Origin: the human T2T-CHM13v2.0 reference genome, Homo sapiens
Length of the DNA: 64,000 nucleotides
Assembly: GCF_009914755.1 (NCBI RefSeq)
Contig: NC_060937.1
Direction: 5' to 3' (one strand)
The notes beneath the pieces are model-generated. The model had not been told where the DNA came from. It was given only the letters and a program-made list of their open reading frames with translations, and made no database searches. Below are positions 42,181 through 55,619 of the stretch, piece by piece. Position 1 is the stretch's first letter, and each line of letters opens with the position of its first letter. A program made the position numbers and the translations under genes.

Positions 42181-42839
42181 GAAAAAGAACATTTAAAATT
42201 CTGCATTACCTGTATCCTTGTTTGCTTGTGTTTTGATAACAAAATGATACTCATTTTGCCTGTAATCAGGGAATAAGTGAATATAGCAGGCAGAAAGAAA
42301 GGGTATGTTGAAAACAGTTACTGAGCCTTCTAATCATAATATGTATTTTCATAATTCCCAATTATATTAACATGTTATGTATTCAAGTAATTACAGTGTT
42401 TATATGACTTACTATTATTCCTAAATGATTAATATTTCAGTATTATGGTTAATGAAGAAATTCAATTAATATACTGCTCACTGAAACATAATGCTATTAA
42501 CTTTAGATTTAATCTGTTAATAATGGATTAGAGGGCTCTAATAAAATGACCCCACAAAATCTTTTCGACAAAACCCACATATGAAAGATTCATTTGTCTC
42601 TTTCTTATTTTAATGTAAACTCATTCTTTATACTAGCACTAAAACTTCACAGGGTATTTGCTTTGAGGAATATTTAGCCTCTTCAATGCACACATGCATT
42701 ATTAATTTAATCAAATATAATAATATAAAGTGCTTTAGGGTAAGAATATAATCACTTTCAAATGGTATCAGAGTTTTCTATTTACCATGCTCTTTCAATG
42801 CTAGGCATAGAACCTGGTGACTGGCAGCCGTAATCCCCT

Positions 42840-43012
42840 TCTTTTTCTTTTGTTTAGATTTTTTTGTTATTTATTTTATTTATTTGTTTTTTTTTTAATT
42901 TCCAACTTTTAAGTTAAAGGGTACATGTGCAGGTTTGTTACATAGGTAAACGTGTGTCACGGTGGTTTGCTACACAGATCATCCCATCACCTAGGTATTA
43001 GCCCAGCATCCG
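42840..43012 (-). mobile_element. L1PA 3' end fragment
   Basis: T-rich tail, then gggtacatgtgcaggtttgttacataggtaaacgtgtg...cagatcatcccatcacctaggtatta. Confidence 0.85.
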
Positions 43013-44658
43013 TGATGATAAAGTCAAGGCTCAAAGGACTAAATAATTTTTCTGAGATTATAAGACAAGATTAATATCTAAACATTTCTCTCTCTAAACT
43101 CTCTCTCTAAACATTTTCTCTCTCTCTCACTCCTGCCAACCTAAAGAGACTACATGACTCAGTTTCTCTACCTAAACATAGAGAAGAAGAGCCTCATCCT
43201 GTATTTTCATATTGTGGAATAAAAATCCCTAAACACTTAGAGGTTTGTTTTATTACTTGTGGCTTTTTTGTTTTGTGTTATCTGATTTTTTTTTTGAGAG
43301 TGGTAAATGCCTTTCACTCCTGTGTGTTCCAAATATATCTAATATTTTTGCTTTTATAGTATGTTGTGCTGAGAGGAAAAAGCAACAGAACATGTTTCAA
43401 AGCGATTATTTACCTATAATTTGCTGGTCTTCAAGACAAAAACCATGTCAATGAGACTAAGGAGGTTAAATGATGTATTAATATATGAGTCAGAATAGCC
43501 AAGTAGCTTAAACCACTTTATCATACTAATAGTGCAACATGATCCATCTTTTAAGAATTCTTTCTTTCAGGAGAGAATTTTTCAGGTCTCTTATGACTGC
43601 CATTTGCCAGCTGACTAAACACAATCTATGCTCTATTCTGTAACAGCCTTTAAACTCCCTGCTGTGGACTAATAAGATTCAATTTAATTTTTAGACATTC
43701 AAAGTATTTGTTTATATTGACTACATTGAAAATAACAAATTTGGGGATCCTTTTCAGCTTTTTAATCTTAACGGCAGAATAAGAAAATAGTCTAAGAAAC
43801 TTTCCTATTGATAAATCGATATATAAAGAAACATAATTGATAACTCATCTAGCTATGTCTCAATATGGGATAAGTATTTTATGGGGAGAAATGAGCGTCT
43901 TTAATACTATACTATAACTCTTATTCTTTTGCTCTCTTTAGCTCTCTCTCTCTCTGAATTTTGATGTTACCTAAGTTATGGTTACACATACATTGAGGCT
44001 CACTTGAGGCTCACTTACTGTCAATAACCAGGATTTGACCTCAAACAGGGTATAATAAAAACAAATAGAAAGGAGTAATTTCAATTGGGTTAACCACAAA
44101 GAAGTTAAAATGTTTTCATTCTTTAGAGGGTGGCTCTATGAGTTAGTTTATAGACTGTCTTGGTATACAATGTCATTTAATAATTACCATATAAAGTTCA
44201 TGCGATTGCAGACTTGTTCCAAAGCCCAATGTGGAAAACCCAATGAATACAAGAGTTAAAAGTGAAGTTTTTCAGGGTAACTGAATCTTGAAACAGCCAG
44301 TAAGTGGATTCATTCCAAAAAATTTAGATTTGTCTAAAGAACATATTTCTATGTCCAGTAGACAGTAATATATTTACTGGAATCCATATCGACTAAGAAT
44401 CTTCTATATTTTTATTCAGCAGTGTATATTTTGGGTTATATATTTGCATTAACATGCTAGTACCAATATCTTACTTCAGACTGTTTGATTTTCTGATCAC
44501 ATAACAGGCAATGTTTCTAAAGACACAATTGTATTAACAAATCTACTGAAACTACATATGTCAAAAAAAATCTCCTATATGCACTGAGGTGGAAAGAAAA
44601 TAAGTAAACTGAAATATACTTTCTTTTGCTCTCCCTGAATTGGGTTTCTGTTTCCAAT

Positions 44659-45054
44659 TGTATTAGTCCATTCTCACATTGATATAAAGAATTACCTGAG
44701 ACTGGGTAATTTATAAGGAAGAGAGGTTTAATTGACTCACAGTTCCACAGGCTATACAGGAGGCATGGCTGGGAGGGCTCAGAAAACTTACAATCATGGC
44801 AGAAGAGTGAAGGGGAAGCAAGCATGTCTTCACACGGCAGCGGGAGAGAGAAAGAGAGTGAAGGGGGAGCTACTACACACTTTCAAACAACCAGATCTTG
44901 TGAGAAGTCTATCACAGGACAGCACTAGGGAGATGGTACTAAACCATTAGAAATCACCCCATGATTCAATCACCTTTCACCAGCTCCCACCTCTAATATT
45001 GGGGATTAAATTCAACATGAGATTTGGGTGGGGACACAGAGCCACACCATATCA
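44659..45054 (-). mobile_element. MSTA-type (ERVL-MaLR) solo LTR, same sense as TRPC4
   Basis: tgtattagtccattctcac...catgagatttgggtggggacacagagccacaccatatca; flanks CCAAT/ACAAT (4/5 TSD match). Confidence 0.92.
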
Positions 45055-45229
45055 ACAATGGTGGCATTTTTCAAATGAAAAAAGAGGTCTTGAACTCTAG
45101 AGGGTAAATTGCTGATGCTTAATCTTTTCACATATTTGTGTTATTTGTATATTTGTTTGTCAATAGGAAGACAGAGATAATGGCATAACACAGTAATAAT
45201 GCCAACACTATTATTACATGATACCTTAT

Positions 45230-45430
45230 AAAAACACTTTTACAGAATTTGAACATCACTAGACTTTGAGAAGTAGGTAAGATTCAGACCACAGGCCTGA
45301 TTAACAGCCAAGAAAAAACCAAGGCTCAGAGAGAGTCAGACACTTGTCCAATTAGTAAGTGGTGAACTGGACTGGAAGCCAGCATTGCTGTCACTTCACT
45401 TCACTCTGTGCTCTTTCCCAGCACTTCACA
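45230..45430 (-). mobile_element. MIR
   Basis: aaggctcagagagagt...acttgtcca...agtaagtggtgaactgg. Confidence 0.65.
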
Positions 45431-45689
45431 GCTTCTAATGACTTTGTTATTTCTTAGTGCAACACCATGGTAAGGAGTGTCTGGGGTCACAATTAATATT
45501 TATTGGGCAACAAAATTATAAATGGCATTATAATATTCAGGATAGAGACAATCTGAATGTGTACATCCAGAGACTTCTTAAAATTTGTCTAATTCATATC
45601 CTGAATTCAAAAAAGTAATTAATGATTTAAATGACACCCATTCAAATCGATGCAGTGGCTAAAGCCAGACCAGCATATGTCTTCAGAGA

Positions 45690-45920
45690 CTCTTGAGTTC
45701 CAGCACTGGTATTTCCTTGCTTTGTGATTTGGGACATATTATTATGTCACTTAAGCCTTTTAATACTTTCATTTCCCCATTTGTAAGTGGAGATAGCAAT
45801 AGGACCTACTTTCATAGGATAATATAAAGATTAAGTGAGATAAAGCAAGTAAAATTCTAATCACAGTTACTGGCATGGTGACAAACTCAGTGAATATCAT
45901 CTAGTATTAATATTGTTGTT
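45690..45920 (+). mobile_element. MIR
   Basis: catttccccatttgtaagtggagatagcaataggacctactttcatagg...agattaagtgagataa. Confidence 0.7.
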
Positions 45921-46393
45921 ATTTTTTGTCATACAATTTTTATTATTATCCAGACTATATCAAGGTTGGTTGCTAGCTATTAATTTATAGGTCTTTTCAG
46001 TCTGGCCAACCCACTGCACAATTGAGTCCCCTTTCCTGTCCCTCCTTTGTAAAATGAGGTGATTGATTAGGTTGATCTCCAAGAATCCTCCCAATTATAA
46101 AATACCCTGCATTATTTTTAGTAGAACTTTAAAACCAAAATTTCTTCAGCTAATCACTCTGGAATCTTCACTGTTTATAATGTATAGCAAAGTCTTTTTT
46201 TCCAAAGTGGGAATACATAATAAGGATGTTACTGAAATTGGGAAACTCTCATATATTAAATACCACTTAACAGCTAGTACTTAAGGGAATGAGTCAAAAT
46301 TTCCTGAAAACCAGGTTAGCATAGTATAGTATGAGACATCTAACATAAAATATACAGCTGTAGGTTCTCTACAACCTGCAACATCCTCTGAAT

Positions 46394-46576
46394 CAGTGGT
46401 TCTCAAAGCACTGTTGCTAGACTGGCAGCATTAGCATTACCTGGGGTACTCACTAGAAATACAAATCCCAAGGCCTCACTTCAGACCTGCTGTGTCAGAA
46501 CCTCTGCAGGTAGGTCCTAGTAGTCTGTGTTGTAACAAGCCTTTCCAGTGACGATGCTAAAGATTGACAACCACTG
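46394..46576. mobile_element. MER5A (hAT-Charlie MITE)
   Basis: Terminal inverted repeats cagtggttctcaa ... ttgacaaccactg; internal gcagcattagcattacctgg...tagaaatacaaat. Confidence 0.85.
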
Positions 46577-49500
46577 ATCTAACAAAAAAATTGAAAAGCA
46601 AGGTCTGCTTCTGATAAACATTTACTGAAGCAGCTGAAACTGAAATTAAATCTGGACTTAGAAGACATCTAAGCTCTGCTAAAAATAATGAAAAGTCAAG
46701 TTACCAATCAATGGACTGAAATGAGGGTTAAGAAGTCATTCTCAGTTATTCCCTCTAGAGAAATAAGGTATCAAGAAGGTTAAAGCCAAGTTCAGTAAAT
46801 TCATCAGAGACTATCAGTGCAATGATTCCTGCTTAGTGTAGAGAATCAGAGGCTCTCTGTGCTGTCTCCTATGGGAAAGAAATAAGCTATTACTCTTCTC
46901 ATTAAAAAAAAAAACCCAACTAAATTCAATACCCTGATTTATGAAGGACTACCTTAAATATGAAAGAAAATATTTAATGATCTATACCCATCTATTTATC
47001 TGGAAAGACCTGCATCTTTTCATTACATGCTGCATTGAGAAAATCATTTAATATACTAAAAATCACAAATCTGTAAAACATGTATAAGGTCAAAAAGAAA
47101 ACCAATGTCAGAACTGCAGGAAGATAAGGTGATTTTATTTGCTTCAATGTCCTCCTTATCATCTACATAACAATCCCAGACCCCATTCTTAAATCCAACA
47201 TTTCTAACTAACTCCTAGGTATTAATACTAACAAATCAAAAAACTACGCATGTCCAATTTGGTCTCATAAGTCTTTTCTTATAGGCTTTATCTCAGTTAA
47301 TGGTGTTAATTTTTTCAAGGTATAAACCTATCAACATTCTTCCCCTTTTTCCTTCAAGCCCTTCTCCAGCCCTCTACCCACTAACATTTTGTGTTTGCCA
47401 AATCCAGATGATTTAACTTCATCATTTTCTGAGGATTCATTTTCATCTCTTCAGTTCTGACAGCCTTTATTCATATTCCCATGATACTTTTCTTTTCTGT
47501 ATTCACAATCGGACCTTAGGACTCTCGAGAAAAGGAACGGTGTCTCCTCCTCAGGGCCCAGGACGAGGCCTGGCAGAGCAGGCATCTGGAAATTGTTCCC
47601 CTGTGAAAGCCTTTAAGTGTAGACAAATTCATCTGAAATCTCACAGCTCCCATGACCTGAGGATGACTATGAAATCTTTCTTTTTCCAGAGAAATAAGTT
47701 AATATGTGACAAATTTCTGAAAGAGTATATTTTGAATATGCATTTCTCACATTTAAAAACTACTAAGTGTTCTAAAAATCAGATTTGGATTTTTTTTCTT
47801 TTTATTAGAACCTCTTTCTTAACTCATTTTAGGATGTTACATTTATTTTGTTCAGTTGGATATTGTTGTTTTCAGGTTTTATCATTTGGCCTCAATGACC
47901 TCAATAAAATGAATGATGACGTGTCCCAGAATCTTTGGGCATACCATGAGTATGAAAATTAGGTGAATTAAAATAAAACACAAATGGCTTTCAATGATCA
48001 CAAGAATGAGGAATTACACCTTATGAGAGAAAAAAGTCCTATCAAGGACATATTTGCTACTTACAACACAGTGATTTATGAAAACTGTCATTCCAAAAGA
48101 TGTTGACCTTCCTTAGGAAATGAATTACCAAAGAAAATCACAAATAAACAGCCAGGCTCTAATGGGATTTGATACGGCCCAAGCACTGAGGCCATCTTTG
48201 TGTGCTATGCACGTTTCATGTTGCTGAAACTTCAGTTTTCATTGTGCAAGATACCAAGAATTCTGAGGGAGATTGAAATTACTCTTTCAAAATTATAAAG
48301 TTCAAACAAAATAATACAATTTTTGTTTATTCTCGGTGCCTTCACTGAAGAGGAATTCTAGAATGTACAAATAGAAAAGGAATTCTTGGCCAGCAGACTG
48401 ATATAAGAGAAATCTTCCAGAAACACATGGCCTGGGAAATTTCAGACTCCTGGCAGATGGCAAACCTTGACTGCCTTTTATTAATAATCAGGATCCAGAT
48501 CAAATGCCTATAAGGAGCCAGGACCTACTTGTGAGGCTAGAGTTTAGTTCAGAAGTTGAACATCTTCCAACAAACACTCTCATAATAGCAGACATCTTCT
48601 CCAGACACAAAATTATTCTGGTCAGTACAAATGTCATTGACTAAAGAGACACTGAAATTTATGGCCAGTGTTCTCTAGAAAATAGAACTAAGAAGGTTCT
48701 TTAGTAATAAACATCAAAAACATGTTCCATGGCAGTTTCATTCTATAGTCTTGCTGCAATCTAAAATGATTTACATCACAGCCAAAACATCTGTCTTATG
48801 GTTGCCTATATAGACATAAAATAAGAGAGTGTACAATATAATATCATTGCTATTAGAAAATGCAAATACTTGAGAGGTACAGCTGTGGAAAGAATTTCAG
48901 TACCACAAGGAGACTTAAGTAGTAGCACCTAAACTTACACAGATTAAAAACAGACTCTTACTCATTCCTGTCTGTGTTCTGTATCTCCTTAGTGGTGAAA
49001 GACTGGTATATAACATGAAATGTGTCTTTGGATATTACTATTAGTTGTCTACCCCAATCAAGGCTTGTTCACGTTTGAAAGAATACAAGAAACAAGCAAA
49101 TTTTTGTAGCAGTAAACTTTTACCAATATAATGAGAGTAATCCACAAACAACCGTTTATGAAAGAAACAACAAAATGCCAGCAAAGCAACAAGCAGAAAA
49201 GTATTGTTGCTGTGGAGTGCTGTTTTATCAAAGTCTTAGTTCAAGTAAGGGGAAGGGTTGAATGGGGATGAAACATAAAAAAGGGACCATAAAAACACAG
49301 GCTTTTCCCAGCAGACAGGGACACTCAGCTATAAAGTTCTTTTCCTAATAATGGCAAAGATTCTGATAAAAGTCCTCTAGGAAAGCAAAGAGAGCTTGCT
49401 TGTAAAAAAAATGTCACACCTCCTAACAGTCTAGCGTTTGCAGAGACCGAGATGTGTATATTATCAAATAGGCTAGAATTTGCTAGAGCTAAAATAACAT

Positions 49501-50436
49501 CCATTTTATAAGATTTTACTTTAAAAGACAGATTTTTGAACCGCTGCAGAATCTGCAGTGTCTTTGCAGTTAGTCAATTAGCCTTGATGCAAGGAAGTGA
49601 CGAGTACAGTGTGAAAGGAAAAAGGATCAAATAGATAATTCAGACACAAGGCAGTTACAAAGGGAAGAGTCCAGACAGACAAAAACAGACTCCTTATTCA
49701 TTCCTGTCTATGATGTCTCCACTTCCTTAGTGGAAAAAGACAGAGAGAAAGAGAAAAACACACATTGTATTTATAATTGTGTGCCATTTTAGTTTATTTT
49801 CTGTTGATAACTATAAGGTATAGCTACATTTGCACCATCAGTAAAGTTGATGTAGTTAAGCCCACAGTCAGAGTTCAGCTATCTCATAGTAATCCTTTTT
49901 GTTTCTTTCTTTAAGTCTCAATTTAAAAGAATCTACTAGAGTTTGTTAAAGGATAATATCAAAATTAGATGGTGCAACTCACTTTTGCAGTAAGCTGCAG
50001 AAGCCCAGAACAGGCAAGCAGGTTAAATAGGAAAATAACAAAATAATTCACCCTCTGATAAGGTAGAATTAAGAAAATGAAAGGCAAGAGGAAAAACACC
50101 CACACATACACATAAAGTTACGAGCAACCTATGTTGAGCATTACATAGAAATGTTTCCAATTTATGAGAAGTCTACTTAAATTACTTTATTTTGCTTTAG
50201 CTTTCACAATTACTTATGATTTTCCAGGGCAGGAAATGCAAGTGGACGTAACTATCATAGGACATGAAGGGTGTACCTAATAGTAGTTTTCTGTTATAAT
50301 ATAGTTCAGATTTTGAAGCTTATATTTCTTAAATTTTCAGGGCATTTGAAAATCTAAAAAAAAAAAAAGAAAGAAAAGAAAAAACAAAAAACCTTCTGCA
50401 GGTAAAATAAATTAAAAACTGTATTTTTGCAGGTAC

Positions 50437-50814
50437 CTGTTTTTCTCCACTAGGTTTTTTGTGGTTCAATAACAGCTCAACAGCTCCGACGACTTCTTTT
50501 CTGATAGCATGTAATAGAGCATCTCCAACATAGACATTAAAGCTTAAGAGTAGTTCGATGAGCTCCAAGTTCTCATTTTCAATTGCAATGAGGAGAGCAG
50601 TTCTTCCGAGAGGATCAATGCAATTAATATTGATTTTAAAATAAATTTCAGCTTCCTCTAGGGATTTCTTGACACTGGCATAATCTCCCTTTTCCACAGC
50701 ATTCAAGTAGGCTTTTTCTGATGGCGAGAGTTCTGATTCTGCTCTTACTATCCTTAGAGGGATGCGGTCTCTATAGGGAGCATTAACATTTCTTTTGTAA
50801 TAGAACTGAGCCAT
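50437..50814 (-). CDS. TRPC4: TRPC4 first coding exon, CDS part (codons 1-126; N-terminus and ankyrin repeats)
   Basis: Translation [45 protein letters not shown]...HKKPSGEKQ is the recognisable TRPC4 N-terminus. ATG at 50814-50812 has A at -3 and G at +4. Donor CAG|GTACCT at 50436. 378 nt, phase 0. Confidence 0.97.
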
Positions 50815-50841
50815 ATTTCATGCCATGCTATTTCTTCGTCT
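50815..50841 (-). other. TRPC4: 27-nt 5'UTR part of the first coding exon, with splice acceptor
   Basis: Minus strand reads TGTTTTTTGTTTCTACTTTCAG|AGACGAAGAAATAGCATGGCATGAAATATG, a polypyrimidine tract plus AG at 50843-50842. This implies an upstream non-coding exon, which I did not identify in this window. Confidence 0.88.
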
Positions 50842-51318
50842 CTGAAAGTAGAAACAAAAAACACAAAGATTAGTGTTAATATGCTTTTAAAATTGTTAAG
50901 CATCATACTTCTCCAACTCACAGTGATATCAATAACAACAATAACATTATTAGTAACTATTAAGAGTTAAGGTTTTTTTTTTTCTTCAACAATATAAATA
51001 CTAAATAGTTGTTCAATTATGTGGAAACAAAGTTTTCTTTTAAAATAAATAAAAAGAGATTAACATTTGGTAAACTATTTAAAAAGTTACTCTGAAAGTG
51101 AATTTTATCAGAGAATGCATTTATAGTTTTGGAAATTATTTACAAAGTTTATCGTAATTATATATAGTTTTCAATCACTTTGAGTATCAGAGGCCATATT
51201 TTTGAGATCTCAAAACTAGACCAAGGATATTCAAATATATAATTCATTGTCAATTTTTCTAATTGTGGAAACGCTATTGAGATTATGTAATACCATTATG
51301 TTTGCAAAATATTGTTAA

Positions 51319-51510
<192 letters not shown>

Positions 51511-53769
51511 TAGTGACATCAAAGTTAATGTAAATTAACAACATTAATGTCAATAAAATATACTGAGCCCAATGAACATAATTATATTTTTTTCTCTCTG
51601 TGAGTTCATTGAGGGGGAAAGACATGTACTGAGAATATTAATCATCAAGATGAGTCTAAGCAATTCAATTTCCAGAAGAAGATTTGGAAAGGATTAAATG
51701 GAGAGAGAATTTATTATAAAAATGTTATTTTCTTCATTCTACTGCCTTTAAAAAATAACAATAAACCACAAGGCAGGAATGTATTCATTATAATTTTTTT
51801 ATTTAGAAGTTAAAGTAAGGATATAGTTGAATATGAGAAAATTAATTCAAGTAAATGAAAGCTCATCTTACAATAAATTCACAAAGGTACTGGAAGCTAT
51901 ATTGATCTGGTATCGTCCTAGTGATAGAGATTCATAGAAAAAAAGTATTACATCTTGAGTATGATTTCTTTGTTGCTGTTAGTTCCTCTTGCATACTTAT
52001 TATCTAACCTATTTTACTTTTCTATGTTATTGAAATTGAACTCACATATTTATTTGGATATGTTTGCTCTGCAAAATTAAAATGAATAGGGTGTTCTAGG
52101 TACTTAAACATGCATATTCTTTTTAAATGATCTTTTCAACCCTAATCATTTTATGAGTAAATGAATTTGATTTGTATAATGTTTTAACCATAGATTAAAC
52201 ATAAATTACATTAACAAATATGATTATATTTAATAATATTTTTATTTTGGGAAATTTTACATTGTTTGCATATTACCTCAATTTATTATTTTAATTATCA
52301 AGGAATTAATTTTTACCCTTTGACATCCAGATAATTCATCATGATTTCTAAAGTATCTAGGTGTTTAAGAGCTAATATGAAAAACTATTATTTCACAACT
52401 GGTATCTCTCTGGCATATTAAACATAGTATTTTGTAAAGCTACCTTCACAGACTAAGCAAAAAGTGAGTGTTCAATATGTATTAATTTTAGACGTGCAAA
52501 TTACTTACTTGCTTGAGGGCTGATTATAACTTTAGTATTGTGGGGATGCTTTAACTCACTCTAGAATAACAGGAATAGCATTTATATTATAGAATATCAA
52601 GGAGAATTTAATATTCCCCCAATATCACTAAAACTTGAGTTAAAGCAAGATGATTATGATTCTATCTATGTCATTGTAGTTATCTGATCCTGATTGCCCC
52701 CATTTTTTGCATCAGTGATGCCAATTCAATGTTGGCCTTGGAAAGGTGGTTGACACTCCCTTCCTTGGCACCTTTTTTCTCATTCCCAGGTCAGAGTCTA
52801 TAACAGTGTGTGGGATCAATGCCATGACCTTCACAGTGTAATTTTATCAGGACTGACATCCAAAAGTTTCATAATAATAATGACTGGTATTTATATTCAA
52901 TTTCAGCATTATGCATACCCTTTATTATCTCAGTTCTTTCTTATCCATGATTCTTGGAAAAATACATGAATTTTTATTTTAGAGTTGAATTTAAGTTTTC
53001 CTACCAATAATATTTTTAGCTTGAGACTGGTGTTTGAATGTAGCTCACCCAAAATACAGGCTAAAATGAAAATACACACGCACTTACACACATGCATGCA
53101 CACATCAGTTCTGCAGGTGAATTATGATTCAATCAAGGTTAAGACTCATGATAGAGAATGAAAAAACTAATTTATTTTATTTTTTCATTTAGTTAATTTT
53201 ATTAATAATACTATCAAATAAAGAATTAGGTAGAGAACAGCATTTTATTTCTCATTGTCAAAGTACAGAACGTCAGTGACAATAGGGATTAGTGGACAAA
53301 ACAGAAGCTACTGGAGAACTTTGAGGAAGAGGGAAGATAAAAATAAATTAAGCTTACTAATATCTATTTCATTTAATCCAGATAACTTCCACAAATGTAA
53401 ACCACAGAAGTTCATTTTAAAAAGAGTTACACTACACAAAAAAAGAGACATATTTTAGTCAGCACTGTAATTAAGAGATGGAGGAGGTAAGGGATATTTG
53501 CATTAGGTAATCTATTTCTCTATCCACAAAGTGATGAAATCAACACTTACCAAGGAATGGCTGAGAAGTTAAGAATGAAAGCATTGGTGCTGAGAAAGAT
53601 CTTTTGTTAACTTTTATGACCTCTTTCAATCTCTTGGATTTGAAATAAGTATATAAGAATTTATGTTAGGAAGTCTAGACAGATTTTAAATATGTTTAAA
53701 ATGTAAATAGATTTAATAAATAAAATTTAAATATTTACAATGGAATCTAAAAACACTCACAGGGAGAAA

Positions 53770-53770
<1 letters not shown>

Positions 53771-53818
<48 letters not shown>

Positions 53819-53842
53819 AGAGAAGAAAGAGAGAGAGAGAGA
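53771..53842. repeat. (AC)23 perfect microsatellite followed by (GA)n
   Basis: AC run at 53771-53816. Confidence 0.97.
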
Positions 53843-55619
53843 ACAACTTTGATGGCTAAAACCTTAACATAAGGGAGTAAGGAAGATCATATAATTTTTC
53901 AGCACATGGGCTTGTCCTTGATTACTTGAGATGCGGGGATACTAACTGGAGGACAAAAACAATAAAGTTTAACATTTTAAAACTGTGCTACATAAATGCA
54001 ATAGCAAGTAGCAGGCACTGATAAGGCTGATGAAATCTCTGAGCTGACACACTTATCATCTATGGAATTGCTATTGGATAGAAAGGCTATTAAAGAACAG
54101 GAGACCCAGTATTGCAAATATGTTGACCTATAATGTCAAAATAAAACATTGCTCCTGGTCCTCCACTTTTAGAATAAACTTTGGAGGGGAAATGATTTCT
54201 TCCCCCATGAGACTGCAGAATTTTAAGAATGCTTTCATTTCAATGTCTCCTGTATAACACCAGAAGTGGAATGACTGATTGGTCAAATTATATTTAGAAG
54301 ATTTGGAAGAGATGAGGAGTGATGGGGAAATAATTCAACTTCTGAGATGTTATTTTTTATGAAAAATAAAAATTATTTCCCCTAAATGTGTTGAGGATTA
54401 AAAAGAAACAAGAAGGTAGAGAGAGCTACAACTTGACATTGATCCAAAGAGAAATTAAAATCGTCACTAAGTATGAAAACTACAGTTTTCTAAGCAACAT
54501 AAAGATATACAACCAAAAATTTTAGATATTTATATGTATCTGAAGGCATATTGCCTAAAGGATAAGTTTAGTTATATAGTGGAAAGAACAGTGAATTTGA
54601 GTTCCAAGGAACACAAAGGAAAGGAATATTTAATATAGAGAGATCTCCATTCTTTAGTATGTATTACTAAAGAGGAAATGAATTTCCCTGAACAACATTT
54701 TATTTTCTTCCCTAGTTGACTGTGAAAAGATACATGTTTACGGATGTAATCTCATGACACAGTAAGAAACAACTCCTATTTGTTATTAAGATACTATCAC
54801 ACATATGTAAGTTGCATTTGTACTTTGTCTGGAATCTAATATGAAATAACTTTTCCCCAAATAGTGCATTCACACGCAATCCGATTAGAATTTTTTCTTG
54901 ATATTGTTCTAATATATTATCTCAATAATCTTTCACATAACATATACTCCACATAAAAGCATAATGGTCTGATTTTTGCTATCACTCTGAATTCCAGATC
55001 TTTTTCTAATTTCCTTAGGCAAGAAACAATACATACGTTTCAGTAGCTGCAAGTGTTACATAAAAAATATTGCATATGACTGAACTGTTGTGTGACTTAG
55101 TCCAGTCAAAAATTAACATGAATTTTCTCTTGTTTTCATGATGTCAAAGTGCAATGAACTACTAAATTTCTTTGAGAAGTTGTAGGGACATTTCTGTAAA
55201 CCATGAAGATAAGATTACATTACTCAACAACAACAACAAAAACTACTTTACTAAAATATTTTGACATTTTATCCTAGGATTTTAAAGATGGAAATCAAGA
55301 TTATACTTATTTTCAAAATTCAAGCCCCTTAGATTGAACAAGTACCACATAAAAAACTAAGCGCTATCTCCATTTTAATTTCCTTTTAATTTTATTTTCT
55401 CATCTTCTTTGCAATGGTATATTCCCATTTTTAAAACACACATATCGAGGGCAATGGTATAGGCAGGGCAAACAATGTTATTGTGCTGGATTTTTACCTC
55501 ATGGGATTGAGAAAACATATCTTTTAGAAAATAATGTGTAATAGTCAAAGTTTGAAACTCCACCCTGAGAGTTAGAAAATACGCATCAATCTATTACTCT
55601 TTCCCTCTGATTTCAAAAG

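Noticed and set aside
47540-47962. 140-aa plus-strand ORF (also 6264-6647, 7298-7636, 27716-28075)
   Set aside because: Mostly non-ATG starts, low-complexity F/L/I/K-rich composition typical of AT-rich non-coding DNA, and no recognisable domain.
50395-50436. Acceptor-like TTTTACCTGCAG ~41 nt after the donor
   Set aside because: Too short for a normal human intron.
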